The notes below the pieces were generated by a model that made no database searches, was not told the origin of the DNA, and was given only the letters and a program-made list of their open reading frames with translations. A stretch of DNA of 64,000 bases from an uncultured cyanobacterium (lineage in GTDB: Bacteria > Cyanobacteriota > Cyanobacteriia > Pseudanabaenales > Pseudanabaenaceae): assembly GCA_963703315.1 (NCBI GenBank), contig OY969811.1, positions 3,712,001 through 3,776,000 on the forward strand, in the 5' to 3' direction. A program made the position numbers and the translations under genes. Of this stretch, positions 39,501 to 51,400 are shown piece by piece. The first letter of the stretch is position 1; each line of letters begins with the position of its first letter.

Positions 39501-41228
39501 TAACTGATATTTCACCTGTGCCAATCGATAGAGTGGTCGCCACACCAGACGATTAGTCGTCACAACAAGCAACGACATGACAATTGTTGAAGCTAATAGC
39601 AGAGAAAAATCACCTACATCCGAAGCTTGGGTAATCGTCGAGCCTAAGCCCGTTGCGGTCAGTACTTTGCCCTGAAATTTAATATATTCTCCCGCGATAC
39701 TAGCATTCCACGCACCACCAACGGCGGTAATAATACCTGTAACTAGATAAGGAAAAATCCCTGGTAAAATCAAAGTTCGCCAACGTTCAAGAGATGAGAG
39801 TTTATAGACTCTAGCAGCTTCAAAAAGCTCTGAGGGGATGGCTTGCGCTCCTGCAATTACATTAAAAAGGATATACCACATACTCCCTAGAGTCATCAGA
39901 ATTACTGCGCCAATGTCTAATCCTCCTCCCACATTTGCTAAGCCTAATAAGAGAATTGGGAATAAAGCTGTAGCAGGAACAGAAGCCGCAATCTGCACAA
40001 TGGGTTGGAGAAACTGGGCTAACTTCGGACTACGCCCAATTGTGACACCAATTGGAACAGTGATTAACAACGACAAGATCAGAACTACTAAAACCCGAAT
40101 CGAAGTAAATAATGCTCCTTTAGCGACCTGTTGCCAAGAACTCAAGGGCATTTTACTCAGCAGCAAAACTGCTTCTAAAGTTCCACCTATAACAATAAAA
40201 CCAACAAAACCAATCAGTATCCAGTTCAACCAATTTAGCCATTTAGATGCTTGATAGGGATGGAGATCAGAACTTTGATGTTTAGTACTAAAGCCGCGAT
40301 TGAATGTTTCCGATATGGGCGTAAATAAGCGATCGCCGATAATTCGCATTGTGGGCGATCGCCTTAAAAAGTCGAGAACTCGCGATTCAGGGACTTGAGT
40401 TGCTTCGACAGTCTCATGTTTAAACTTTTCTGCCCAAGCGATCATCGGTCGCCAAATAAAATAATCAATGATCGTAATGATGCCAATTAAAACAATAATC
40501 CCCCAGAGAATCGCTACATTATCACCTTTGTCTGCTGCCGCCTTCAGAAATGATCCCAATCCTGGTAGCGTAAAGTTACGATTGGAAAGTGTAAAAGATT
40601 CCGTTTGCATGAGAAAGAACCATCCTCCTGCGACGGACATTACACTATTCCAGACTAGTCCTACCACACCCGAAGGTAATTCTAAAGTCCAAAAGCGTTG
40701 CCATGCACTAAGTCGATAAACTTGGCTAGCTTCGATCAGTTCATTAGGAATACTACTTAGAGATTGATAGAAACTAAAAGTCATATTCCAAGTCATACCC
40801 GTAAAAATCAGCAAGATCGAAGCAAGTTCGATTCCTAACCTTTGTCCAGGGAATACACCGACTAAGGCAAGCACCACCGCAGGTAAAAACGACAGTACAG
40901 GAATAGATTGGAGAATATCTAGTAAGGGAATTAGCACTTTCGACCATGTTTGAGAACGATAGGCAACATAGGCATAGGAGAGACTAAATAGTAAGGATAA
41001 TCCGTATGCAGCAAGCATTCTCACCAAAGTTTGCAATGCATAAGCAGGTAAGAAACTGAGTGATAGATTAATTACATATTCGCTGTCATAAGTACCTGTA
41101 AATTTACTAGCCGTCTGCACAATGATGAAAATCAAAGAGATAATTGCTAAGGGTAGTAAAACATCGCCAATGCTCCAGCGCGTGCGAAATTCTGACTTGG
41201 GATCGATAGTGGGTTGATACATAAGCAA
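39492..41228 (-). CDS. ABC transporter permease (duplicated NitT/TauT-type domain)
   Basis: LDILQSIPVLSFLP, two EAA-like loops (ELIEAS, ELFEAA). Confidence 0.9.
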   Translation of the reverse strand: MLMYQPTIDPKSEFRTRWSIGDVLLPLAIISLIFIIVQTASKFTGTYDSEYVINLSLSFLPAYALQTLVRMLAAYGLSLLFSLSYAYVAYRSQTWSKVLIPLLDILQSIPVLSFLPAVVLALVGVFPGQRLGIELASILLIFTGMTWNMTFSFYQSLSSIPNELIEASQVYRLSAWQRFWTLELPSGVVGLVWNSVMSVAGGWFFLMQTESFTLSNRNFTLPGLGSFLKAAADKGDNVAILWGIIVLIGIITIIDYFIWRPMIAWAEKFKHETVEATQVPESRVLDFLRRSPTMRIIGDRLFTPISETFNRGFSTKHQSSDLHPYQASKWLNWLNWILIGFVGFIVIGGTLEAVLLLSKMPLSSWQQVAKGALFTSIRVLVVLILSLLITVPIGVTIGRSPKLAQFLQPIVQIAASVPATALFPILLLGLANVGGGLDIGAVILMTLGSMWYILFNVIAGAQAIPSELFEAARVYKLSSLERWRTLILPGIFPYLVTGIITAVGGAWNASIAGEYIKFQGKVLTATGLGSTITQASDVGDFSLLLASTIVMSLLVVTTNRLVWRPLYRLAQVKYQLLV

Positions 41229-41313
41229 TCTAGACTAAAAAATAAGTTAAGTGACTTACTTATAGATATAGGAATGACAACGCAATGCGTTGTCATTCCT
41301 ATATCTATAGGTT

Positions 41314-42660
41314 TTATTCGGACTCTTCAGTTTCAGGATTACTTTCTTCAATAAAGATCTCTCCTGAAGGCTCGTCATAGCTAAATAATTCAGCATAGCG
41401 TCCCCAATCCATCGCCGTCCTGAGTTGACGCTGAGCTTCTTTGCTGGTGAAATAGTTCTCTAAAATATCAAGAACTAGTTCTTCCGAAATGCGATGATTA
41501 CGCTTAGCTTGCAAAAGCTGACAAATCTGTTGGACTAAGCGAATATATTTTTGTAATAGCTCACGAATAATTGCTTTGCGCTCGTCAATATTACTATTGA
41601 TGAACTTCTCGCCGATCGCTGATAGTTGAATGTCACCTTCATTAATAGCAACTAATTCCATTAATTTACTAGCATCCACAATCGGCAACAAATCATCAAC
41701 TTCTAATAATAGTTCTTGAGCAATGCGATAAATATCTTTCTCTTGACGACCTTCTAAGAGTTCTAATAAACCTGCTACAGAACCAATTCGCACATGGGGT
41801 AAAGATTGATATTTTGGCTGAGAAGGCGGTTTGGGTTCAGCAGTCGAAATTGTGGTCGTTGGTTGCGGTAAATCAGGGAGATCAGGATTTGTGAGAATTT
41901 TATAAACTTGGTCAACTAAAGCTTGAAATTCTGGACTTTTGCGATCGCGGTAATGGGGCAGAGTAATTGGTAAGTCCGCCCGAATCCTTCCAGGGTTACG
42001 ACCTAAAACAATTACGCGATCGGCTAAAGTTACAGCTTCTTCGATCCCGTGAGTCACGATCAAAATTGATTTGGTGGGGATGCGTTTTTCTAACCAGAGG
42101 TCAAGCAATTCAAAGCGCAAGTTTTCCGCAGTCAGCACATCTAGTGCCGAAAATGGCTCATCCATACATAAAAGCTCAGGCTCCACCGCTAAAGCCCTTG
42201 CAAAACCAACTCTTTGCCGCATTCCACCCGAAAGCTCTTTAGGATAAGCATTTTCAAACCCATCAAGACCAATCACATCGATCATTCGGAGTGCCTTTTG
42301 CACTCTTGTATCTTTCGGTTCACCTTTAGCTTTTAAACCTAGTTCCACATTTTCGAGAACCGTTAACCAAGGATACAGTGCGAAATTTTGAAAGACGATC
42401 GCCACTCCTGGATTTAAACCCATGAGAGGGCGATTGTAGTACAACACCTTGCCGCTAGAAGGTGGAATCAACCCTGCAATCATTCGCATTAATGTCGATT
42501 TACCTGATCCTGAAGGTCCAAGCAAAGCAATTATTTCACCTACTTGCAACTGGCAATTAATATTTTCAATAATCGAGATAGTCTGCCCATTTGGTTGTAA
42601 GTAAGACTTCCCAATATTCTCTAAAGAAATAAAGCTGGTTTTTGCGGCGTTTTGAACCAT
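41314..42660 (-). CDS. ABC transporter ATP-binding protein (NitT/TauT type with C-terminal extension)
   Basis: GPSGSGKST, LSGGMRQR, LCMDEPF, VTH, C-terminal WGRYAELF. Confidence 0.93.
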   Translation of the reverse strand: MVQNAAKTSFISLENIGKSYLQPNGQTISIIENINCQLQVGEIIALLGPSGSGKSTLMRMIAGLIPPSSGKVLYYNRPLMGLNPGVAIVFQNFALYPWLTVLENVELGLKAKGEPKDTRVQKALRMIDVIGLDGFENAYPKELSGGMRQRVGFARALAVEPELLCMDEPFSALDVLTAENLRFELLDLWLEKRIPTKSILIVTHGIEEAVTLADRVIVLGRNPGRIRADLPITLPHYRDRKSPEFQALVDQVYKILTNPDLPDLPQPTTTISTAEPKPPSQPKYQSLPHVRIGSVAGLLELLEGRQEKDIYRIAQELLLEVDDLLPIVDASKLMELVAINEGDIQLSAIGEKFINSNIDERKAIIRELLQKYIRLVQQICQLLQAKRNHRISEELVLDILENYFTSKEAQRQLRTAMDWGRYAELFSYDEPSGEIFIEESNPETEESE

Positions 42661-42977
42661 AGTGTTATCTGTGCAGGTATTGTGAGCTACATAGATAGGG
42701 AAGTTTTCGCTACCCAACCCAATACATTATCAGCTAAGAGCGCTCAGAATTTGCATTACAGGCTTTTTTTGACATCCAAAGACCAAGAAACAAGTTATGT
42801 TGCTTCTCTTAGTCTTTGTCCTAGATATTTAGTTTTTGTCCTAAAATATTTGGCGATCGCTATACAAGCTATACAATAGACTATTCTCACCTTTCCTCAT
42901 TTGGCACTATTAAACCTTTGGTTGCGTCAAAGTGGGCTGCTCACCAACCAACTTAAATTTTTCGGCTTTGCGATTAA

Positions 42978-44246
42978 ATGTCCTATTCTCTTGTTCCCGT
43001 TCCTGTAGGTTCATTACAAATTAATGAACTTATCTATTCTGACAATATCTCTACAAATGATCAGGATATTCAAGATAGTTCTGGGTTGAGTTCTCAACTA
43101 TCAGTTACTTTTTCTTTAGTGATCCCAACCTATAATGAGAGCAAAAATCTAGAGAAGTTAGTTGAAGTTCTGAGCCAACTTTTAGATAGTCATTGGTATG
43201 GAGATTACGAATTAATTATCGTTGATGATGACAGTCCCGACTTAACATGGAAAGTTGGACTGGACTTGATGCCTCACTATCCGCAGTTGCGAGTGATGCG
43301 TCGGCAAGAAGAAAAAGGGCTGTCAACGGCAGTAATTCGAGGATGGCAAGCTGCACAGGGAGAGATCTTAGGTGTGATTGATGGCGATCTGCAACATCCA
43401 CCTGAGACGCTCATTAATATGCTCAATCAAATGAAAGATGGAGCCGATTTAGCGGTTGCGAGTCGCCATGTGGAAGGCGGTGGTGTGAGTGATTGGGGAT
43501 TTATACGGCGGGTTCTGTCACGGGGAGCGCAGATGCTTGGCTTACTGATTTTGCCGAATGTGATTGGCAGGGTTTCTGATCCAATGAGTGGTTATTTTAT
43601 GGTCAAGCGTAGTGCGATCGCCAATTGCCTGATGAATCCTTTAGGTTACAAAATTTTGATTGAAGTTTTAGGACGAGGCAATATTGGCTCCGTTGCCGAA
43701 GTTGGCTATATCTTTCAGGAACGCCAAGAAGGTGAAAGTAAAGTAACGTGGCGGCAATATGTGGATTATATTTTGCATTTGTTGAGATTGCGATCGCGCG
43801 GCAGAATTACTAAGTTACGCGAAAAATGGCGGCTTCCTGTCAAACGTTTTTTAAAATTTGGCATCGTTGGTTTTAGTGGAGTGTTTGTCGATATGTCTCT
43901 TCTATACCTATTGAGTGATGCTTCCACATTAGGCTGGGGATTGACACGCAGCAAAATTATTGCTTCAGAAGTAGCGATAATCAATAACTTTATCTGGAAC
44001 GATGTTTGGACATTTAAGGATTTGGCAAGTCAGCAAAGAGAAAAACAAAAACGCATCAAGCGATTTTTAAAGTTCAATTTCATTTGTTTACTCGGCATTG
44101 GCTTAAACTTGATTATTCTCAACGTTCTGTATAACTATTTTGGGATTAATAAATATCTGGCTAATCTGATTGCGATCGCGATCGTCACGGTTTGGAACTT
44201 CTGGTTTAACCTTAAACTTAGCTGGCGAGTTACCCAAACCAAATAA
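42978..44246 (+). CDS. GT2 polyprenol-phosphate mannose synthase-like protein fused to a GtrA domain
   Basis: VIPTYNE, VDDDSPD, IDGDLQHPPE, SDPMSG.F; C-terminal NNFIWN..WTF and WNFWFN. Confidence 0.92.
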   Translation: MSYSLVPVPVGSLQINELIYSDNISTNDQDIQDSSGLSSQLSVTFSLVIPTYNESKNLEKLVEVLSQLLDSHWYGDYELIIVDDDSPDLTWKVGLDLMPHYPQLRVMRRQEEKGLSTAVIRGWQAAQGEILGVIDGDLQHPPETLINMLNQMKDGADLAVASRHVEGGGVSDWGFIRRVLSRGAQMLGLLILPNVIGRVSDPMSGYFMVKRSAIANCLMNPLGYKILIEVLGRGNIGSVAEVGYIFQERQEGESKVTWRQYVDYILHLLRLRSRGRITKLREKWRLPVKRFLKFGIVGFSGVFVDMSLLYLLSDASTLGWGLTRSKIIASEVAIINNFIWNDVWTFKDLASQQREKQKRIKRFLKFNFICLLGIGLNLIILNVLYNYFGINKYLANLIAIAIVTVWNFWFNLKLSWRVTQTK

Positions 44247-44280
44247 TATCTAAAGGGTTGCAAAGCAACCCTTTAGATAT

Positions 44281-44365
44281 TAAAAAACACAATAGAGTTG
44301 CGGAGCGAAGCGCCGCAACTCTATTGTGTTTTTTGATTTTGTCTTAACATAACTGGGACAGCTAT
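44281..44365. mobile_element. Truncated TATAGC-family MITE-like element
   Basis: Hairpin with GCGAAGC loop plus right end TTTTGTCTTAACATAACTGGGACAGCTAT. Confidence 0.65.
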
Positions 44366-44385
44366 CATCTTGAAACTTAAGTTTT

Positions 44386-44922
44386 ATGACTTTCTCCACA
44401 ATTACGCTACCAACTTGGGTTACTCTATCCCGCCTCATTGCCATTCCGATCATTTTTGGATTATTCATTTGGCAAGATAGTGAACTCACTCGCCTCATTG
44501 CCCTGAGTGTATTTATCATTGCGGCGATTACAGATTGGTTAGACGGATATTTAGCAAGAAAACTTAATCAAATTACCGAGCTAGGAAAATTTCTCGATCC
44601 TCTTGTCGATAAAGTCCTAACGATCGCCTTATTTCTGTTGTTTATCGAATTAGGGCAAGTCCCCGCATGGGCAGTATTTTTAATTATTACCCGTGAGTTA
44701 TTAATCACAGCTTGGCGCGGCGCTCCTAGCCCTACGAGTGAAGCTAGCACCACCAAAATTATTGCCGCAAATTTTTGGGGGAAAGCGAAAACTGTGATGC
44801 AAATTGTGGCGATCGCCGCTTTATTGGTCAAAATACCCTATGCGATCGCCTTTTTCTGGATCGCAGTTGCACTCACGTTAATTTCTGGCATTCTCTATGT
44901 TGTGCCAACGGCAAAGGGCTAG
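44386..44922 (+). CDS. pgsA: Phosphatidylglycerophosphate synthase
   Basis: TDWLDGYLAR..NQITELGKFLDPLVDK, RELLIT, GKAKTVMQ. Confidence 0.95.
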   Translation: MTFSTITLPTWVTLSRLIAIPIIFGLFIWQDSELTRLIALSVFIIAAITDWLDGYLARKLNQITELGKFLDPLVDKVLTIALFLLFIELGQVPAWAVFLIITRELLITAWRGAPSPTSEASTTKIIAANFWGKAKTVMQIVAIAALLVKIPYAIAFFWIAVALTLISGILYVVPTAKG

Positions 44923-44996
44923 TTATAATCCAATGCGATATGTAAGCCATCGCATTGGATTATAATTAAACAAGTTGTGGTTGGAGTAAGGTTCTC

Positions 44997-46931
44997 ATGG
45001 CGACATCACCAACAATAGGTAAAGCGTTTGGCAATCTGTTAGGCGGACGCTTTCGAGTTGTGCAGACGATCGCTGATGATACCTACACTCAGACCTACTT
45101 GGTTGAAGATACAGTAGCGGCGGAGATGCCACGCTGGATTGCCAAAAGTTTTTGTCTAATTAACAAAACTAATCTGCAATTAGATTGGGCGCGATCGCTA
45201 TTTCGGAATGAGGTTCCTAAATTGCAACAACTGAGCGATCGCAGTGATAACTTTCCCAAAATCACTACTTATTTTGAACAAGAGGAGGAATTTTATATCG
45301 TTGAAGAAGCGATCGATGGCACAAGACTGAGTGCGGAAATTGCCACAGGCAAGTTGTATAGCGAAGCAGAAGTCATTCAATTTCTGAGAGAACTGCTGAC
45401 CAATTTGAATATTGCCCATAGTTCTAATATGGTGCATGGTGATATCAATCCTCGTAATCTGATCCGCCGCAAAAGTAATAATGGAACAGATCAGCATTTT
45501 GTCCTCACTAACTTTGCAGTTCTCAAAGGTATTTATGCAACGGCGGCTCAAAATGGAGTTGTTCTCGGCACACCTAGCTATATGCCCTTTGAGCAAGCTT
45601 TAGGACAATTCACTCCTAGCTGCGATATCTATGCCCTTGGTTTAACCGCCATTCAATTACTAACAGGTTTACATCCAAGTCAACTAGTCCGTCGTGAAGA
45701 TCTCAATCTATTGAACTGGCAAATGGGATCAGCAATTAGTCCAGAGCTAGCAACCATTCTCAATCGCATGGTTAAGCACCATCCTGAAGACCGTTATCAA
45801 ACTGCTCAAGAAGTTCTCTACGATCTTGATAATAATCTATCTACCTATCAAGATGCTCCTAGCTTTCAAATGCCTAATTTTTCGGTGAGCAACAATACTA
45901 GTAAGTGGGCGATCGCTCTAGTTTGTATCGCAGGGCTGAGTTGGGGAGCGATTAATTATTTACCAAAATCACCTCTGTTTCCTGTCGCTACACCTACGGC
46001 AACTACACCGCCTATTCCAATTGTTACAACAGCTTATAAACTACGTCTGAACCTCACAGGACATACAGGTTGGGTTAGGGCAGTTACTTTTTTCCCGAAT
46101 GGATTTAGCTTCGTAAGTGGTAGCTACGATCGCACCTTACGACTATGGAATGTCCGCAATAACCAATCTTTCGGCACTTTATCCAATCACCTCGGCTCGA
46201 TTTCGGGGATTAATGCGATCGCTGTGCATCCCAATGGCAACACCTTCGCGACCGCCTGTATTGATAAATCAATTAAGTTATGGAACTTCCGTAGTGGTCA
46301 GCCAATTCGCAATCTCGAAGGACATGAAGGACAAGTTTTTAGTGTTGCCTATAGTCCCAACGGGAAAAACCTGATTAGTGCTAGCGCTGATCGCACGATC
46401 AAACTTTGGAATTGGAATAGAGGTCGTCTCTTACAGACCTTTGAAGGACATCAGGATAAAGTAGTATCAGTGGCTTTTCATCCTGATGGTCAACGTTTTG
46501 CCAGTGCCAGTTTCGATAAAACGATTAAAATCTGGGATGTGAATACTGGCAAAGAAATTATGAACATTACAGGACATAATGCCCCTGTCAATGCGATCGC
46601 CTTTAGTCTCGATGGCAAACTGCTCGCTAGTGGTAGCCAAGACCAAACCGTGAAAATTTGGGATGTAAGCACTGGCAAAGTTGTGCGTACCCTGACAGGT
46701 CACACAGGCGGTGCATTAGCTGTAGCCTTTAATCGGGATGGTAGTGCGATCGCCTCTGGTGGTGTTGATAAAACTATTCGGATTTGGAATGTAAAAACAG
46801 GAGAAGTCAGGCAAGTTCTTAATAATCATGAAGCGCCAGTCCTATCCCTCAGTTTTAGCCCTAAAGACGACACTCTAGTTAGTGGTAGCGCTGATCGCTC
46901 AGTTAAAGTTTGGCAACTATCAGAGAAATGA
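44997..46931 (+). CDS. Ser/Thr (pseudo)kinase - TM - WD40-repeat protein
   Basis: HGDINPRN, GTPSYMPFEQ, DIYALG; seven GH...WD/WN repeats. Confidence 0.9.
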   Translation: MATSPTIGKAFGNLLGGRFRVVQTIADDTYTQTYLVEDTVAAEMPRWIAKSFCLINKTNLQLDWARSLFRNEVPKLQQLSDRSDNFPKITTYFEQEEEFYIVEEAIDGTRLSAEIATGKLYSEAEVIQFLRELLTNLNIAHSSNMVHGDINPRNLIRRKSNNGTDQHFVLTNFAVLKGIYATAAQNGVVLGTPSYMPFEQALGQFTPSCDIYALGLTAIQLLTGLHPSQLVRREDLNLLNWQMGSAISPELATILNRMVKHHPEDRYQTAQEVLYDLDNNLSTYQDAPSFQMPNFSVSNNTSKWAIALVCIAGLSWGAINYLPKSPLFPVATPTATTPPIPIVTTAYKLRLNLTGHTGWVRAVTFFPNGFSFVSGSYDRTLRLWNVRNNQSFGTLSNHLGSISGINAIAVHPNGNTFATACIDKSIKLWNFRSGQPIRNLEGHEGQVFSVAYSPNGKNLISASADRTIKLWNWNRGRLLQTFEGHQDKVVSVAFHPDGQRFASASFDKTIKIWDVNTGKEIMNITGHNAPVNAIAFSLDGKLLASGSQDQTVKIWDVSTGKVVRTLTGHTGGALAVAFNRDGSAIASGGVDKTIRIWNVKTGEVRQVLNNHEAPVLSLSFSPKDDTLVSGSADRSVKVWQLSEK

Positions 46932-47017
46932 GAGAGAGAGAGGCGCTTCGCGCCACTCTCTCTCATCAGTTATAATTTTTGTAAAACCAGTTACAATTTC
47001 GGGAAATTACAGGATTT

Positions 47018-48127
47018 ATGGACGTAAAAGCCGCCGTCGCCTTTGCCGCAGGACAACCACTCAAAATTGAGACCGTCCAACTCGCACCACCCAGAGCAGG
47101 GGAAGTCTTGGTGGAAATCAAAGCGACAGGAGTATGTCATACTGACGCATTTACCCTCTCAGGAGCCGATCCTGAAGGCTTATTTCCCACCATCCTCGGA
47201 CATGAAGGTGCAGGGGTCGTCGTCGAAGTCGGTGCAGGCGTAACCTCTCTCAAAGCAGGCGATCGCGTGATTCCTCTCTACACTCCTGAATGTCGAAATT
47301 GTTCCTATTGTCTCAGTGGAAAAACTAACCTCTGCCAAGCGATCCGCGTTACTCAAGGTCAAGGCTTGATGCCCGATGGAACTAGTCGCTTCTCTATCAA
47401 TGGCGAAAAAATCCATCACTATATGGGAACTTCCACTTTTGCCAACTATACCGTTCTCCCTGAAATTGCCCTCGCCAAAATCCGTGACGATGCTCCCTTT
47501 GAGAAAGTTTGCTACATCGGCTGTGGTGTCACCACTGGTATCGGTGCAGTGATTAACACTGCCAAAGTAGAATATGGCTCCAATGTCGTTGTATTTGGAT
47601 TAGGTGGCATTGGCTTAAACGTCATCCAAGCCAGTCGCATGGTTGGCGCAAATATGATCGTTGGGGTGGATATTAATCCCCAAAAACGCGCCCTTGCCGA
47701 AAAAATGGGGATGACCCATTTTGTGAATCCAAAGGAAGTAGAAGGTGATCTCGTTCCCTATCTCGTAGATCTCACCAAAGGCGGCGCAGACTATAGCTTT
47801 GAATGTATCGGCAGACCTGAAACCATGCGTCAAGCCCTAGAATGCTGTCACAAAGGTTGGGGTGTCAGCATAATTATCGGCGTAGCGGGAGCAGGTCAAG
47901 AAATCAGTACTCGTCCGTTCCAATTAGTCACAGGTCGGGTTTGGAAAGGAACCGCTTTTGGTGGTGCAAAAGGACGTACTGATGTTCCTAAAATTGTCGA
48001 TTGGTATATGGAAGGTAAAATCGATATCGATAGTTTGATTACAAATGTTATGCCGATTGAGCAGATTAATGAGGCATTTGACCTCATGCACAGAGGCGAT
48101 GCAATCCGTACCGTACTGACGTTTTAA
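47018..48127 (+). CDS. frmA: S-(hydroxymethyl)glutathione dehydrogenase / class III alcohol dehydrogenase
   Basis: [44 protein letters not shown]. Confidence 0.96.
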   Translation: MDVKAAVAFAAGQPLKIETVQLAPPRAGEVLVEIKATGVCHTDAFTLSGADPEGLFPTILGHEGAGVVVEVGAGVTSLKAGDRVIPLYTPECRNCSYCLSGKTNLCQAIRVTQGQGLMPDGTSRFSINGEKIHHYMGTSTFANYTVLPEIALAKIRDDAPFEKVCYIGCGVTTGIGAVINTAKVEYGSNVVVFGLGGIGLNVIQASRMVGANMIVGVDINPQKRALAEKMGMTHFVNPKEVEGDLVPYLVDLTKGGADYSFECIGRPETMRQALECCHKGWGVSIIIGVAGAGQEISTRPFQLVTGRVWKGTAFGGAKGRTDVPKIVDWYMEGKIDIDSLITNVMPIEQINEAFDLMHRGDAIRTVLTF

Positions 48128-48360
48128 AGGAAAAAGACTCTAATCCATAGGTTCTATACTTTGCGATCGCCCATCTAGAGTAATCTACAAAAAAGCGATC
48201 GCTTTTCCACAAATGTGACACGCTACCCATAATTTTAGGACTTAGGCAAAGGGAAAGAATGATGTAAAAATGAAACACCTTGTCCGCAAACAGACAAGGT
48301 GTTTCATTTTTTCCTAGGACTTCATTAGATGTAAGTACTTCTATTACTCATTTGGAAATA

Positions 48361-48474
48361 TATAGCTGTAGTCAGTTATGTTGGGACAAAACCAAAAACC
48401 AAAAGAGAGTGGCGGCACTTCGCGCCGCCACTCTCTTTTGGTTTTATATCTTAACTTGCTTGGCTATGGCTATA
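48361..48474. mobile_element. MITE-like element, TATAGC...GCTATA family
   Basis: Reverse-complement copy of 27216-27323; abuts the stop codon of the giant gene. Confidence 0.8.
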
Positions 48475-51400
48475 TTAGCTGAAATTGAAGGTCGTAGAAA
48501 TGGAGCCAGCCAAGATGTTGTCATTGATATTGCTGGAAGCAAATCCAGTGACTCCATTTAAGGTTAGCAAGAGTGAGCCATTCGCAAATCCACCATTACC
48601 ACTAACACCATCACCTAAGCGGAACTGAGTGTTGCCACCGACAGTACGCACATCAATGGCAGCAATGTTATTGAACTGGAGCAAGTCACCTCCAACTCCA
48701 CGTAGGAATTGATTCACCACATCACTATCATCACCAAGGTTATAGACAACCCTATCAGTAGCTCCGTCATTGAGACCTAGGAAGAGAGTATCATTCCCAA
48801 ATCCACCAATCAAGATATCGGAACCGAGACCGCCAGTTAGGGAGTCGTTACCGAATCCACCACTGAGAGTATTGTTACCACTGTTGCCTGTAATAACATT
48901 ATTGACACTATTACCAGTACCATCAATGTTTGAGCTGCCCGTTAGAGTCAAGTTCTCGATGTTATCGAACAAAGTCCATGACACACTTGATTGAACCAAG
49001 TCAGTACCTTGGTTCAATTTTTCAATAATGGAATCACCCAAGTTGTCGATGATATAAGTGTCATTACCTAGACCACCAACCAGAGCATCTGCACCAACTC
49101 CGCCATCAAGGATATTGTTCCGACTGTTTCCAGTAATGAGGTTATTCAGATCGTTACCAGTTCCATTGATCGTACCATTGCCAGTGAGCGTAAGGTTTTC
49201 TACATTAGCTTCCAAAGTGCGGGTGACGCTTGAAAGAATAGTGTCTGTACCTTCGTTCTCCAGCTCATTGACAGTGTCATTGGCATTATCAACAATGTAG
49301 GTGTCATTGCCTAAGCTACCGAACAATGCATCAGCGCCACTCTTTCCATCAAGGATATTGTTGCCAACGTTACCAATCAGGATGTTGTCAAGGTTGTTAC
49401 CAGTGCCGTTGAGATCAGCATTACCAGTGAGCGTGAGATTTTCGAGGTTGTTACCTAAAGTCCAGTTAATGCTGGATAGAACCGTATCAATTCCAGAGGA
49501 ATCAGAGATAGTGTCATTGGTGTTATCAACAATGTAAGTGTCATTGCCTGCTCCACCAATTAAGTTGTCAGCACCTAAATCACCATCTAAGATATCGTTG
49601 CCAACTCCGCCACTAAGGGTATTGTTTCGGAAGTTACCTGTGAGGATATCGTTTCCGAAGCCACCCGTGACGTTCTCAATATTAGCGATCGCTGTAAAAC
49701 CAGATGCAGTGCCAGTGGTTAAGTTAACTGTCAGATCGGCGGTTGTAGCGCCATAGTCTAGGGTATCAACTCCACCCCGTAAATCGGCAGTCACCGATTC
49801 AACGTTGATTAATGTACCACCTGCAATCAGCGAAACTGGCGTACCGTTGAAGACTACCTTCAGAGTTTCGTCATCGACTGTACCAAGGATGTTTAGGGTA
49901 TCGTTGCCTGCACCACCATCAACGGTATCTTTACCATCGCCAATCGTATAGCGGAAGATGTCATCACCATCAAGCCCGTTGAGAGTATCGTTACCTTCAA
50001 GTCCAGCAATGATATCTTGACCGTTAGTGCCTGTGTAAGTATTGACATTAGCAGTGCCAACGAAGAAGTCCCCAGTAACAATTGTTGGGACTGAGGTCAG
50101 AGTTTCCAATGTGCCTTGATCGTCGGTGTAGCTCACTACCACTCGCAATTGGCGATTGACATGAGCTTGAGTGGGGGTAAAGGTGCTATTGGTCGCGCCT
50201 ACGATGTTGGTGAATGTTGTGCCGCCGCCAATATCTGATTGTTGCCATTGATAGGTATAGAGGGCATTAACTAAACCATCAGCATCAGTAAACAAGTTGC
50301 TAGCAACAAGCTGTTGCGCTTCCGTTGGAGTGGTATCTGAAATCGATACTGCGCCGACTGGTGCATCGTTAACAGCCGCGATCGCAATGGTTTGGGTTGC
50401 AGATACTGAGCCGCCCTTACCATCGATGACGTTATAGCTCAGGTTAACAGTGCCATTGAAGTTTGCATCGGGAGTAAAGCTGTAAGTACCGTTTCCATTA
50501 TTGGTGAGAGTCCCGTTCGTGGCTGTGAGTTGAGCCACTGATAGAACATTGTTGTTCACGTCGGTATAGCCCGCCAGTAGATCTGCTTCTGCGATCGCAT
50601 AGGTTGTATCTTCTTGACCAGCAGCAAGGATGGCAGGAGTACCTGTCAGCACTGGTGGGCTATTCGTTACGGATGTAAATACTTGATCTTGACGGACGCT
50701 GAGATTTTGGATGCGTGTATCAAGGTTAGCGGCAACATCCGCAGCATTGAAAGGATTAGTACTAAACTGATCGCCGAGGTATTCTGCAAATGCGTCCTGC
50801 TCAGAACCTGCGGCGGCAAAAGTGAATTGACCTGCGGCTAGGGCTATTGCTGGGTCAACCACACCGTTACCATTAAGGTCAATCGATTCACCGCGTAAAT
50901 CTACGCGATTAGCGATCGCCGCATTGTCTCTCACAAATTTAGGGAATGGATAGTTATCACCGCCAAGCCCACCTGTGCTGCTTGTTCCTGCGAGGAAGTT
51001 CAAGGTCACCATGCGGAAGGTGCGGCTAGCGTCGCCAACCAATACACCATCGCGAACAATTACATCCTTAATCGATCCATCGTCATTGAGTACGACCAGA
51101 TTTTGAACTCGGCTGCCTTGGGTGGTGACTTCACCAGTACTACTATTAAAGGCGATCGCTGTTTTGGTGGGGTCAAAGCTAAACTTCAAACCGCCTACCT
51201 GTGGGAACTGCCCAGGAGTACTTCCAGAACGAGTCCCAGCCACAGCATGTTCGATTACCCACTGAAGTTGTTGCGCCGTAACCGTGATCAAGCTCAACCC
51301 GTTATTAAATCGTAGGGAATTCTCAACATCCAACTGAGAAACATCACCAGTTTGTTTATTTGGCGCAAGGGGATTGGGCTGCGTTGGTAGTTTCTGAATA

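Noticed and set aside
47018..48360. No S-formylglutathione hydrolase gene after frmA
   Set aside because: The partner may simply lie elsewhere in the genome; not informative from one window
27216..48474. TATAGC-family elements as integron attC or Xer dif sites
   Set aside because: The GTT.../...AAC cores are in the opposite order to attC, the TTATGTT match to the XerD box is partial, and no integrase or cassette array is present
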